IMG/VR virus record: IMGVR_UViG_3300037086_000360
Span: 186,001-250,000 of that record
Length of the DNA stretch: 64,000 nucleotides
Strand: one strand, 5' to 3'
Under the pieces are notes generated by a model. It ran no database searches. It was not told the origin of the DNA and worked only from the letters and a program-made list of their open reading frames with translations. Shown here piece after piece: positions 8,079 to 17,901 of this stretch; within the stretch, counting starts at the first letter, position 1, and each line of letters opens with the position of its first letter. Made by a program: the position numbers and the translations under genes.

Positions 8079-8360
8079 ATGAGAGGTGTTCTAAAGACGC
8101 ATTGGACTCGCAATGGGGAAAAGTGGGAAAGGGAGATCTTGCTCGATGAATATGACAGGAAGTTTGTCATGTCTCACGGCAGCCAGGTCTATCTCGACGT
8201 GACCAACGACGTCCCAAAGTTCTATGATCGCGACGAGCAGAGAATGAAGTCTCTCGCGAGGGCAATCCTCGAAAACAGGGGTCGCTTCATTTCTCGTAGG
8301 AAGATCGGGAACGTCAATGGCAATCCCTACGATCTGCGCTTCAGCAACCTCAAGTTTTAG
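8079..8360 (+). CDS. Degenerate HNH-like protein
   Basis: C-terminal GNVNGNPYDLRFSNL resembles the HNH_3 pattern DHINGxxxDNRxxNL without the His. Confidence 0.45.
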   Translation: MRGVLKTHWTRNGEKWEREILLDEYDRKFVMSHGSQVYLDVTNDVPKFYDRDEQRMKSLARAILENRGRFISRRKIGNVNGNPYDLRFSNLKF

Positions 8361-8517
8361 AGGAAGGAGGAGAGCATGAAGATTCTGGAATCGAAGATGA
8401 ATAGGGTTGTTCTGGGATGTCTGATTGGTTTTGCCCTCATCTCCCAGTTCGTGATCATCGGCGCCGCAATTCTTCGCGGCCATCTCTAAGCCAATAACGG
8501 GAAAAGATTTGAAGAAA

Positions 8518-8544
8518 AGGCTCACTATTTAGTGAGCCTTTTTA
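8518..8544 (+). terminator. Intrinsic terminator
   Basis: AGGCTCACT-ATTT-AGTGAGCCT followed by T-tract. Confidence 0.75.
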
Positions 8545-8596
8545 TCTCAAGCACGAGCAGGCGAAGATAAACAAAACTAAATACTGGAGGTAGGAG

Positions 8597-8860
8597 ATGG
8601 AAGCAGATCTCCGTGCTCTGGGGGAAAAGTATCCCGGTCACGTCTTTACTTTAGATGGGAAGAATCTTTTATGTGATGGTCGTGTTATTACAATCATCAA
8701 CCCAATCGTTTCCGCTGAAAAAATCGTAGAGAATGGAATGACGGAACAAATGTTTTTTGACAGAATAGTTGAGTTTGGTGTTCATATGCTTGAGGATTCT
8801 CACTACTATGATTATGACGTCGTTCAAAAAAGAAAGAAACAGTGCTCAGAGCAACAATAA
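8597..8860 (+). CDS. Hypothetical protein
   Basis: GGAGGT RBS; AAGATAA upstream. Confidence 0.6.
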   Translation: MEADLRALGEKYPGHVFTLDGKNLLCDGRVITIINPIVSAEKIVENGMTEQMFFDRIVEFGVHMLEDSHYYDYDVVQKRKKQCSEQQ

Positions 8861-9010
8861 AATACTTAATAGATAGATCTGGAATCACAAGAGATAACAT
8901 TAGAATGATTCTTGTTTTGTTTCTCATCGATGGTATTTTTTGTTTATTGATGATTGCACTAAACAGCGTCATCCCAATGCATCACATTCCAATAAAACTA
9001 CCATGATTTT

Positions 9011-9115
9011 GAGATTGGGTCTGCTCATTTGGTCCTCGGACTCCGTTTCCGAACTGGCGGGTATGGTTTAAAGTCATTACGGATGACAAGCAAGCCGCTT
9101 AGAGGACCCAATCTC
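9011..9115. ncRNA. Unassigned structured RNA
   Basis: Terminal helix GAGATTGGGTC/GACCCAATCTC encloses hairpins TCGGA/TCCGA, GCGG/CCGC and GTCAT/ATGAC. Confidence 0.45.
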
Positions 9116-9133
9116 TTTTGCATATTTCAAATA

Positions 9134-9388
9134 AGAACAGTCGTATCGACTCCACGCTGATTCTTGGTCAGCAGCTGCGATCGAGAGTTAGAGGGAAGCT
9201 CACGACAACTCCGCTGACCGTGGGAGGTCGAAAGACCGTTATTACCACGTAGATGGTTGCAACTCAAACAGTCCTAGGGGGAAAGCGGCCCTACAATGGA
9301 CGGGTTGAGGCAGTCCGCAAGGACCAGTCGAAAGACTGAGACAGATGTGGAGATAAACCAGAATCGTGGCTACGGAGACGACTGTTCT
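9134..9388 (+). ncRNA. rnpB: RNase P RNA (compact, reduced specificity domain)
   Basis: P1 AGAACAGTCGT/ACGACTGTTCT; P2 CTCCAC/GTGGAG; CR-I GAGGGAAGCTCACGA and CR-V ACCAGAATCGTGGCTA form P4; several GNRA-capped hairpins. Confidence 0.85.
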
Positions 9389-9605
9389 CTTTTTAGAAAG
9401 GAGAGGTGGAAGGTGTATGGTGCATGGCAAGGCAGGAAGTTTTTTGCTGGTCTTCACTACCTCGGAATAGGAAGCGGATACACTAACAGCATTCATATTC
9501 TTCCAATGATCGAAATCTATCCTTCATGCAAAATAGTATTTTTTGGATGGCTTTTGTTCCGGTGGCGTTGGGGTTGGAATAAAGAAGACAAGAGAAGATG
9601 AGACC

Positions 9606-9815
9606 ATGGCAAATATTTCTTTGAATTATGGTGCCATTGATCCTCAAATCTCATTTCCAGAAACACCGGGTACTATAGGCCTTCTTTACATCAAGGATGG
9701 CCGCTTCTTTATAAAGATGCATCAAAAATCTATCTATGGCGAAATTGAAGACATAGAAATACCTACATCTGACGATCTTCTATCTATTTTCGCAAAGATT
9801 CTCCTCAATCAATAA
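9606..9815 (+). CDS. Small protein, paralog of 41675-42184 (TIGLLYIKDG motif)
   Basis: Shared GTIGLLYIKDGR/DTIGLLYIKDGK and C-terminal AKILL. Confidence 0.65.
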   Translation: MANISLNYGAIDPQISFPETPGTIGLLYIKDGRFFIKMHQKSIYGEIEDIEIPTSDDLLSIFAKILLNQ

Positions 9816-9843
9816 ACCACTGTTCTAAGTAAGATAATCTCAT

Positions 9844-10863
9844 ATGGGACACTCTATGGACTACAAGAAGTTTCTGTCTGGAATAAATCTCGAACTCAAC
9901 AAACAATTGAGGATACAAGAAGACTTCACTGATCAGCTTTCAACTGCCATGGCCAAGAAGCAATCTGTTTGGGATGCTGAAGAGGAGCAAGAGAAGGCCG
10001 CAAAAAACGCAGCTCAAACAGCTTCTCAATCACCAGATCAAACAACTTCTCAACAAAATTCAAAACCAGAAGATTCTGGCAGAACGACTACTCCGTTGAT
10101 CTTTTTCAAAGACAAAACTACTTATACTTTGCAACAATTTCTAAATGTAAGAAATTTGATTCTATATGATTTGGGAAGACCAAAGAAACTTCCGGAAATC
10201 AAATATACCCCACAACAAGACAAAGAACAACAGACAGCAGAACACAGATCGCGTCAAACTGCTGCAACTCTTAAGCCATTAGAGGTCAAATTTTTGGAAT
10301 GGATAAAAAGAGAGGCGAACAATGGTCCAAAGTCTGATATAGACAGCTTCTTACGAAAACAGGATGGTACTTTTAATGAAGATGGCATCAAGCAGCTTCG
10401 ACAAATGTTCCTTACATATGTAGGTAGTCAATATAACGCCAGAGTAGTTAAAAATCCAAAAAATGAAAATCCAGTTCTCGCTAAGGCTATAGAAACTTTT
10501 GGTCAAAAGTATGAACTGAACACTCCTCAAACAAAAGGACAAACAGTAGCAATTGGGCTTCATGCCCCTAGTCCAGGAACAGCTGACCAAATAAAGCAAA
10601 ATGTTTTGAATGGAATAGCTTTTGGAGGTGGATATGAGGGTAACACCCCGTTGAAAAATGGGCAAATCGCCCAGTGGTGGAAAGAAGTTCAGCCCTATCT
10701 AGATAGATTTACAGACACTAAAAAGGCCCTCAATTTTGGCATTCAATATGCTGGTTTCAAAAAGGGGATTGAAGGAGTAATCGATCCAACCATTGCTCTT
10801 CAACAAGAACAGTCCATTAACAACTCTTTCATTCAGAAACTTCGTTCTCAATTGTTAGCATAA
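9844..10863 (+). CDS. Hypothetical protein, possibly virion-associated
   Basis: 339-aa ORF just after an AAGATAA motif; Gln-rich. Confidence 0.7.
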   Translation: MGHSMDYKKFLSGINLELNKQLRIQEDFTDQLSTAMAKKQSVWDAEEEQEKAAKNAAQTASQSPDQTTSQQNSKPEDSGRTTTPLIFFKDKTTYTLQQFLNVRNLILYDLGRPKKLPEIKYTPQQDKEQQTAEHRSRQTAATLKPLEVKFLEWIKREANNGPKSDIDSFLRKQDGTFNEDGIKQLRQMFLTYVGSQYNARVVKNPKNENPVLAKAIETFGQKYELNTPQTKGQTVAIGLHAPSPGTADQIKQNVLNGIAFGGGYEGNTPLKNGQIAQWWKEVQPYLDRFTDTKKALNFGIQYAGFKKGIEGVIDPTIALQQEQSINNSFIQKLRSQLLA

Positions 10864-10872
10864 TTCCTTTAT

Positions 10873-12705
10873 ATGAATCAACCAACTCCCAAAGCTCCCA
10901 ACATGCGTAAAAATATCGCTATTGTGGCCATACTGCTAATAGGCTATTTTGTTTTTCAGTTTTTTATTGGAGGTGGAACTACTCCAGAAATCAGCTATAG
11001 TACTTTTAAAAAGGCCCTAATTGACGGTAGGATCCAACAAGTTTCTGTTTCAACTACTGAGATCCGTGGAGTAATGAAAGATAAAGAAATTGAGAAGCAG
11101 TTTTCAACCATTCGCGTAGATGATCCAGAATTGACGAAATTACTCGAATCCAAAAATGTTCAATACTCTGGAAAAATCCAGAGCAACTTCTTATCCAATC
11201 TTTTATGGATCATAATTCCTTTTGCTCTTCTATATTTCTTTTTCATGCGACAAACTGGTGGAGCGGGCACTAATGTTCTCTCATTTGGAAAGAGTAGGGC
11301 GAAACTCAACCAACCTCTGATTGGAAAAAAGATCTCATTTAAAGATGTCGCTGGAGTTGATGAGGCGAAAGAAGAGCTTCAAGAGGTTGTAGATTTTCTG
11401 AAGACTCCCCAGCGCTTTCAGCAATTGGGTGGAAGAATCCCTCGTGGAATCCTTTTAATTGGAGCTCCTGGCACCGGCAAGACACTTCTTGCAAGGGCGG
11501 TCGCCGGAGAGGCTGGGGTTCCATTTTTCAGTATTTCTGGATCTGAGTTTGTTGAAATGTTTGTAGGAGTTGGAGCTGCGAGAGTAAGAGATCTCTTCGC
11601 TCAAGCGATGTCAAAAGCCCCTTGTATCGTTTTTATCGACGAACTTGATGCCCTGGGAAGAGCTCGAGGATTTTCTCCAGTTGGTGGATTTGATGAGAGA
11701 GAGCAAACTCTCAACCAACTCCTTACAGAGATGGATGGTTTTGATACTCGAGTTGGCATCATCATCATGGCTGCTACGAACAGACCGGAGATTCTTGACT
11801 CAGCTCTCATGAGACCTGGAAGATTTGACCGACAGGTTCTTGTTGATAGGCCAGATCTTGTTGGTCGAGAAGCCATTCTCAAGGTTCATTCAGAAGGGAT
11901 CAAGATGGCTGAGAACGTTGATCTCAAAACCATTGCTCAGAGAACTCCAGGATTTGTCGGAGCAGATCTCGCCAACATCATGAATGAGGCAGCCCTTCTT
12001 GCTGCAAGACGCAACAAGACTGAAGTTATGATGGATGAGTTTAGTGAGGCTATCGATCGTGTTGTTGCTGGTCTAGAAAAGAAAAAAAGGCTGATCAGTC
12101 CATCAGAGAAGAAAATTGTGGCTTATCACGAGGCTGGTCATGCCATTGTTTCCCATTTCTCTGGAAAGGGTGATGAAGTCCATAAGATTTCCATTATTCC
12201 TCGTGGAATTGCTGCTCTTGGCTACACAATCAATCTTCCTACAGAAGATCGTTACTTGATGACTCAGAAAGAGCTTGAAGCAAGGCTCGCTACTCTTCTT
12301 GGTGGAAGAGTCGCGGAAGAGCTCTTCATTCAGGACGTTTCCACTGGAGCCTCAAGTGACCTGATGAAGGCAACAGAGATTGCGAAAGCTATGGTCAAAG
12401 AATATGGAATGAGCTCTCTTGGACTTTCTTCTTATGAGAGACCATCAAATCCATTTCTCAAAGATAATTCTTTCTTCCCTTCTGAAAAAGATTATTCAGA
12501 AAAAGTAGCGGCACAAATTGATGAAGAAGTTAAAAACATGCTCATTAAAGCACACGATAAAGCTGTGGTTATCCTTAACACCAAGAAACAGCTTATGGAA
12601 GACTTGTCGAAACTTCTTCTTGAAAAAGAAGTCGTAGAGAAAGATGAGTTTATAAAACTCATGACAGAAGAGAAGCTGGAAGAATTGCCGCGCGCAGAAG
12701 CATAG
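10873..12705 (+). CDS. ftsH: ATP-dependent zinc metalloprotease FtsH
   Basis: Two N-terminal TMs, Walker A GAPGTGKT, Walker [25 protein letters not shown]. Confidence 0.97.
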   Translation: MNQPTPKAPNMRKNIAIVAILLIGYFVFQFFIGGGTTPEISYSTFKKALIDGRIQQVSVSTTEIRGVMKDKEIEKQFSTIRVDDPELTKLLESKNVQYSGKIQSNFLSNLLWIIIPFALLYFFFMRQTGGAGTNVLSFGKSRAKLNQPLIGKKISFKDVAGVDEAKEELQEVVDFLKTPQRFQQLGGRIPRGILLIGAPGTGKTLLARAVAGEAGVPFFSISGSEFVEMFVGVGAARVRDLFAQAMSKAPCIVFIDELDALGRARGFSPVGGFDEREQTLNQLLTEMDGFDTRVGIIIMAATNRPEILDSALMRPGRFDRQVLVDRPDLVGREAILKVHSEGIKMAENVDLKTIAQRTPGFVGADLANIMNEAALLAARRNKTEVMMDEFSEAIDRVVAGLEKKKRLISPSEKKIVAYHEAGHAIVSHFSGKGDEVHKISIIPRGIAALGYTINLPTEDRYLMTQKELEARLATLLGGRVAEELFIQDVSTGASSDLMKATEIAKAMVKEYGMSSLGLSSYERPSNPFLKDNSFFPSEKDYSEKVAAQIDEEVKNMLIKAHDKAVVILNTKKQLMEDLSKLLLEKEVVEKDEFIKLMTEEKLEELPRAEA

Positions 12706-12713
12706 TTTATGCT

Positions 12714-13097
12714 ATGCGTGATGAAAAACCGCATGGCGAATATGTCTCGATGAAGCTCAGAAAGGAGTATGAAACGGACTTTCAGTCCATGATCGATAAG
12801 TGGTATGAGGTCAATTTAAGCTCAAACCGCTTCCTTGTTTGTATTGAGGGATTTGAGTGGAATGATTGGCATAAAGACTATTTGCTTCATGGCCATATTA
12901 TCAACTACAATAACAATAAAGCAGCAATGGTAGTCAGTGATTTTGGTAGATACTACTCCGAAATTAGAGAATCGTTTCCACTATGGAAACGCAAAAAAGT
13001 AAAGGACAAGAAGCTTCTAAAAGCGATCAATGTCGCCTTTTATGCTCAAACAGCAAAAGCTCTCTTGGGTGAAAGACATGAGCGAGAAACCTATTAA
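12714..13097 (+). CDS. Hypothetical protein (C-terminal AKALL)
   Basis: ORF after a GCATA motif. Confidence 0.6.
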   Translation: MRDEKPHGEYVSMKLRKEYETDFQSMIDKWYEVNLSSNRFLVCIEGFEWNDWHKDYLLHGHIINYNNNKAAMVVSDFGRYYSEIRESFPLWKRKKVKDKKLLKAINVAFYAQTAKALLGERHERETY

Positions 13098-13767
13098 TCT
13101 TTTTGATGGAGCGTGGAAGAAGCGCCCAAATGGTTTCTTCGAACTTGATCATGATCGAGTAGAAGAAAATGAAAAAAAAGCTAAGGCTCAGAGAGGATCT
13201 CCTCTTCTCGAAAAAATATATGAGAGACATAAGAGTGAAATCTATCACGCCAAAAAGAACTTCAATTGGTTCAGAAAAATGAGAAGCAGGCTTGAGCGTC
13301 TCAATAATATGCACCCAAAACAAATCTATATTTGGGGCCACACTGATATTGAAGGAACTAAGGCTGAGGGTTGTAAATACGCTTGGGAAGACGTTGAAAT
13401 AGCTCTTCCAACTATTTTCAGACGTCTCCATATGAGATGGATCACAACCATTCTGGCTGAATCTTGTTTCAAATCTGATTTGGACGAAGCCATTCGTTTT
13501 GGAAGTGAGTGCCCAGTTCTTGAACCTGAATATCCTCAGGACAACTTTGACGTTATGTATGTCAAGGGAAAAGAAGAATTCAATGATGAGAATGACGTCA
13601 TCGAAGCTTTCAAGAAGTGGAGAGACTTCTTCCTTCCTAATCTCAAGAATGTTCCTATTGTTTGGAAGGAAATGAGTCCCAACTCGCTCACTTGGTCGAT
13701 CTTCAAGTCGAAGAGTTTTCCAAGAATACGAATGTTGCTTGCCAATCTAAAACGAAAAACTTCCTGA
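13078..13767 (+). CDS. Hypothetical protein
   Basis: 229-aa ORF overlapping the upstream gene. Confidence 0.65.
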   Translation: MSEKPINLFDGAWKKRPNGFFELDHDRVEENEKKAKAQRGSPLLEKIYERHKSEIYHAKKNFNWFRKMRSRLERLNNMHPKQIYIWGHTDIEGTKAEGCKYAWEDVEIALPTIFRRLHMRWITTILAESCFKSDLDEAIRFGSECPVLEPEYPQDNFDVMYVKGKEEFNDENDVIEAFKKWRDFFLPNLKNVPIVWKEMSPNSLTWSIFKSKSFPRIRMLLANLKRKTS

Positions 13768-13849
13768 AAAACAAAAATGAATTCGACACTCGTGCAAGAT
13801 ACTATCTATAAGACTATACACCACCCATGTGGGAGGAGAAAGCAACTAA

Positions 13850-14947
13850 ATGGATGAATCTGACAAACAAGACCAGGAGTTCCCTCCAGGTACAGTGCCA
13901 TCGGACCAGTGGAATGACTGGCGATGGCAAATGCGGAATCGAGTTAAAAACATTGAAGACATTAAGACATTGGGATTATGGAAAGATGACACATTGCCTA
14001 ATCCAAAGCGTCTTCCCTTCACGGTAACCCCTTATTATTTGAAAGTCGCTCTCAATTCGAAAGCTCTTCAAAAAACTTTCGTGCCGAACATGAGTGAAAA
14101 CATTGTGACATCTGACTGTACGGATGATCCTCTTGCAGAAGAACATGACTCTCCTGTCAAATGCATCGTACATCGATATCCAGACAGAGTTCTGTTCCTT
14201 GCAACAGATCTTTGTGCTACTTATTGTCGCTATTGTACAAGAAGCCGAGTGATAGAGCAAAATGGATTTACTAAGTCTGAGTGGGAAAAGGGATTCGAAT
14301 ACATCAGAGAACACGAAGAAGTTCGAGACGTTCTTATCTCTGGTGGAGACCCTCTCACATATGACGATGATAATCTTGAGTATTTGATTTCAAGCATTAG
14401 AGCAATTTCTCATGTCGAAATCATAAGAATTGGTACCAAAGTTCCAGTCGTTCTTCCCCAAAGAATAACCCCAGAACTGGTGGCAATGCTTAAGAAGTAT
14501 CATCCGTTATTCATGAGCATTCATTTCACCCATCCCGACGAACTCACAGAGGAATGTAAGACTGCATGCTTAATGCTTGCTGATGCAGGAATCCCTCTCG
14601 GAAGTCAAACAGTTTTGTTGAATGATGTGAATGATAATCTCTATATTCTGAAAGCTCTGTTCCAGGGTCTGTTAAAGATTAGAGTTCGCCCCTATTATCT
14701 CTATCAGTGTGATGTTGTTCAAGGAGCTGCCCATTTTAGAACTCCTTTGGACGTGGGCATCAGGATGATTGAGGGATTAAGAGGATGGACTTCTGGATAT
14801 GCTGTTCCACAATTTGTAATTGACTTACCGAATGGTGGTGGAAAAACACCGGTCATTCCAAATTATGTGGTTGGAACTGAAGGAAAGAACATTGTCTTCA
14901 GAAATTATGAGGGCCAATCCTATCTCTTTCCCGATATAGCATCATGA
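13850..14947 (+). CDS. kamA: Lysine 2,3-aminomutase (KamA family radical SAM)
   Basis: WNDWRWQ, HRYPDRVL, CATYCRYC, SGGDPL, PYYLYQCD, GGGKTP. Confidence 0.93.
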   Translation: MDESDKQDQEFPPGTVPSDQWNDWRWQMRNRVKNIEDIKTLGLWKDDTLPNPKRLPFTVTPYYLKVALNSKALQKTFVPNMSENIVTSDCTDDPLAEEHDSPVKCIVHRYPDRVLFLATDLCATYCRYCTRSRVIEQNGFTKSEWEKGFEYIREHEEVRDVLISGGDPLTYDDDNLEYLISSIRAISHVEIIRIGTKVPVVLPQRITPELVAMLKKYHPLFMSIHFTHPDELTEECKTACLMLADAGIPLGSQTVLLNDVNDNLYILKALFQGLLKIRVRPYYLYQCDVVQGAAHFRTPLDVGIRMIEGLRGWTSGYAVPQFVIDLPNGGGKTPVIPNYVVGTEGKNIVFRNYEGQSYLFPDIAS

Positions 14948-15004
14948 AATATGGTGGTAGTATAACGGAACATGTCATAGCATAGTGGAACATGCCGTAG
15001 CATA
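14946..15004. repeat. Short tandem direct repeat (~20-bp period, 2 good copies plus 1 degenerate)
   Basis: GGAACATGTCATAGCATA (14967) and GGAACATGCCGTAGCATA (14987), degenerate GAAATATGGTGGTAGTATA (14946). Confidence 0.55.
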
Positions 15005-15170
15005 ATTTATTCATAATGATTTACACCTATGAACTCTATTGTAAAAGATGTGATAGGATAGTTATCCTTGAGACTGATGTACGGGTAGGAAAAAAACCAA
15101 ATTGTCCGAGTTGCAATCATAAGTTGCACGAGAAGAAAGATAATTTGGTTGCCTCTACAGGAGAAAACGA

Positions 15171-15707
15171 ATGAAAAAATTCATTGTTATATTGTTGGCT
15201 CTTTTGTTTATTGCGCCATTTGCAATGGCTGATTTTAAGATTGGAATTTCGGGAAATTTTGAATTTACGACAAATTCCCAATTGCAGTCATTGCAGTCGG
15301 GAGATCTCACCAAACTCATCAGACCTGGAATATATTTGGAACTATATGACCCAATGGGTTTTGGAATCGATTTAACGGCAGTTACCACACTCCCAGATTC
15401 AAGCAACAACATTGTATGGTTTGCCACTATTGATCCAACATTCCATTTTCTGAATCTCAAGATCATTGATTTATCAATTTTTGCAGGACTTGGAGTAACT
15501 GGAGAAAATGCCACGGACTTTAGTAAGATAAATGCAGCAGCGTGGTTTTTTCAAATTGGTGGTGGTCCCTCGCTTCTGTTAGGACCACTATTTGTTCAAG
15601 CAAGAGCAGCAGTTAGATTTCAAATTGGAAATGGACAATTGGGATCTATAGCACCACTAAGTTTCGATGATATTGAATTAGCGCTTATAGCGGGCCTCAA
15701 ACTGTAA
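15171..15707 (+). CDS. Secreted/outer-membrane beta-barrel-like protein
   Basis: Signal peptide MKKFIVILLALLFIAPFAMA; alternating amphipathic strands; terminal strand LALIAGLKL. Confidence 0.6.
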   Translation: MKKFIVILLALLFIAPFAMADFKIGISGNFEFTTNSQLQSLQSGDLTKLIRPGIYLELYDPMGFGIDLTAVTTLPDSSNNIVWFATIDPTFHFLNLKIIDLSIFAGLGVTGENATDFSKINAAAWFFQIGGGPSLLLGPLFVQARAAVRFQIGNGQLGSIAPLSFDDIELALIAGLKL

Positions 15708-15712
15708 AGAAC

Positions 15713-15736
15713 AGGGGGCTTACGCCCCCTTTTTTA
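15713..15736 (+). terminator. Intrinsic terminator
   Basis: AGGGGGC-TTAC-GCCCCCT followed by T-tract. Confidence 0.85.
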
Positions 15737-15750
15737 TTACTGGAGCCACT

Positions 15751-16017
15751 ATGAAAAAAGTAATTATTAACTTTAGAAAGAAGAAAATTGATATTTCGTT
15801 TGGTAGATGGGATCCAAAATTGAACTACTATGATCTCAAACGTACTGATGGTGATAATGAATATGAGGTCAAACCACCTCGACATTGTTTCTTCTACCAC
15901 AAGTATGAATGGGGTGAAAAGGAAGTGTATATTGAATTTTTAAGATTTCACTTATCAATTAGCATACTTGATAACGATAGTGCCAAGTCTCAAATAGGCA
16001 GGAAAAAGGATTCTTAA
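15751..16017 (+). CDS. Hypothetical protein
   Basis: GGAG RBS. Confidence 0.5.
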   Translation: MKKVIINFRKKKIDISFGRWDPKLNYYDLKRTDGDNEYEVKPPRHCFFYHKYEWGEKEVYIEFLRFHLSISILDNDSAKSQIGRKKDS

Positions 16018-16033
16018 AAAAATCCAAATTTAT

Positions 16034-16120
16034 GGAGTCCGGGCAGGCCGGTAATGCAGCAGATTGCTAATCTGTACAACCCTTCATCGGGTTGACCGAG
16101 TTCGATTCTCGGGGGCTCCG
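16034..16120 (+). tRNA. tRNA-Ser(GCT)
   Basis: Acceptor GGAGTCC/GGGCTCC; anticodon arm GCAGA-TTGCTAA-TCTGT; long variable arm; T-arm CCGAG-TTCGATT-CTCGG; D-arm atypical. Confidence 0.85.
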
Positions 16121-16164
16121 CTCAATTGGAAGGATTGTGGAGACCTTCCGGAAAGGATTTTATC

Positions 16165-16809
16165 ATGGAGGACGTGCTCTCTCTCAATGTTCTTGTCTTG
16201 AACAGGTCTTACAAGCCTATCAAGATCATCTCAGCCAAGAAGGCTCTTATTCTGCTCTACAAAACAGTGGCAGAAGTTATTCAGGTCGAGGATGGTAATT
16301 ATTCCAACTACGACTTTAATAGCTGGGCTGAGGTGTCTGCTTATAGGAGAGCATATGAAGACAATCCAGAGATGGACTGGATTTTCACGCCGCAGCTGAC
16401 GATCAATGTTCCTCGCGTCATCAGAGTTTTGACGTTCGACAAGTTTGTCAAGTACAACGTCAAGTTGAACCGCAGAAACATCTATGCTCGTGATGGAGAC
16501 ACTTGTCAGTACTGTGGTAAGAAGCACCAGAAGAAGCACTTGAACATCGACCACGTTGTGCCAAAGGTGGCGGGTGGTAAGACGATTTGGGAAAACCTCG
16601 TTGTCTCTTGTTTCAAGTGCAACACCAAAAAGGGTGGTAGGACTCCTAAGGAAGCGGGCATGACCTTGCTCAAGTCACCTAAGAAGCCAGACTTCACTCC
16701 ATCCCTCAGGATCCACATCGGAAACAAGAAATATGAAAGTTGGCGTCAGTTTGTAAACGATGCATATTGGTTGGTCTCTATCGAGGATGAGAAGATTGAA
16801 GAGGAATAA
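16165..16809 (+). CDS. HNH endonuclease (McrA/HNH_5-like)
   Basis: VLVLNRSY, RRNIYARDGDTCQYCG, IDHVVPK..GG, WENLVVSCFKCNTKKG. Confidence 0.92.
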   Translation: MEDVLSLNVLVLNRSYKPIKIISAKKALILLYKTVAEVIQVEDGNYSNYDFNSWAEVSAYRRAYEDNPEMDWIFTPQLTINVPRVIRVLTFDKFVKYNVKLNRRNIYARDGDTCQYCGKKHQKKHLNIDHVVPKVAGGKTIWENLVVSCFKCNTKKGGRTPKEAGMTLLKSPKKPDFTPSLRIHIGNKKYESWRQFVNDAYWLVSIEDEKIEEE

Positions 16810-17228
16810 TGCGACGATGGCTTACAGCATGGACACCTGAGTTAGCAAGAAAAGAAATGATAGCCAGGGAGCTTAGAAGAACTAGGCCCCTGGTTTCTTT
16901 TCCGCTTCTCAAAAAAGTGTACGACAAATTTGGAATCTTTTGGGTGACAATGCACCATGTTGAAGATATGGATGAACATCTCTGGAGTAAAATGCATGAT
17001 CTAAATAGACATGGACTCTTAGAGCTTTCTGAGTGGAAAAAAGAAATCAATCCAACTCCCTCAAGAGGTCAAAAACTTGCAAACTATTGGAGAGTAACTC
17101 CACTTGGTTTGATAGCCCTTACAAAATTTTATAGTGTCAAAGATGAAGACGTACACAAAGTTAGCAAATATTTGTTGGACCCAGAAGGAGATAAGAATGA
17201 GGCGACTGTCTTGGCAAAACGATATTGA
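16809..17228 (+). CDS. Hypothetical protein (possible winged helix)
   Basis: Coupled ORF; YWRVTPLG wing-like motif. Confidence 0.5.
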   Translation: MRRWLTAWTPELARKEMIARELRRTRPLVSFPLLKKVYDKFGIFWVTMHHVEDMDEHLWSKMHDLNRHGLLELSEWKKEINPTPSRGQKLANYWRVTPLGLIALTKFYSVKDEDVHKVSKYLLDPEGDKNEATVLAKRY

Positions 17229-17808
17229 ACCCGAGATTCCAGACAGAAAATTACCGATAAACAACAATAAAAAAGATGATGATCAACAATTGGTCGAACA
17301 CATTGATGGTCACATTTACTTTTATTCAGATGTGACTTCCCTATCAGTAATTAAACTCAACAAAGTAATAAGAGAAATCACAAACAATATGCTTCCATAT
17401 AAAGAAGATGGATTGGTGTTGAAGCTTCATATCAACAGTGATGGTGGAGTTCTTCTTGATGGACTTGCCGCTCTCGATTCAATTATTTCTAATGCACTTC
17501 CCATCCATACCTATGTAGAAGGTGGAGCTGCCTCAGCCGCCACTCTTATTTCAGTCGCAGGTAAAAAAAGATTCATGCACAGACACTCTTTCATGCTTAT
17601 CCACCAAATGTCAAGCAGACTGTGGGGCAAGTATGAGGAGATAAAAGACGACAAAGAAAACTGTGATCGATTCATGAAAATGATCAAGGATATTTACAAG
17701 GAATATACAAAAGTTCCTATGAAAAAGATAGATGAAATTCTCAAACATGATTTGTGGTTTGACGCAGATCAATGTCTTGAATATGGGATGATAGATGAGA
17801 TAGTCTAG
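17197..17808 (+). CDS. clpP: ClpP-like protease proteolytic subunit
   Basis: HINSDGG, AASAATLI (catalytic Ser), MLIHQ, DLWFDADQCLEYGMIDEI. Confidence 0.88.
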   Translation: MRRLSWQNDIEPEIPDRKLPINNNKKDDDQQLVEHIDGHIYFYSDVTSLSVIKLNKVIREITNNMLPYKEDGLVLKLHINSDGGVLLDGLAALDSIISNALPIHTYVEGGAASAATLISVAGKKRFMHRHSFMLIHQMSSRLWGKYEEIKDDKENCDRFMKMIKDIYKEYTKVPMKKIDEILKHDLWFDADQCLEYGMIDEIV

Positions 17809-17901
17809 AGATTTTATGCGACAGACGGATAAGATAACTAACTCAGGCTTCACGTGAAGCCAAAATTAAGCATATTTCTATTTACCTTATAGGAGGAATG
17901 A

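Noticed and set aside
7868-8170. N-terminal 101 codons of the 7367-8170 minus ORF
   Set aside because: They overlap plus-strand genes; the AAGATAA motif at 7873-7879 supports a start at 7867.
9242-9601. ORFs 9242-9496 (-) and 9296-9601 (+) as annotated in the track
   Set aside because: They overlap the RNase P RNA; at most a short plus-strand ORF starting after about 9400 could be real.
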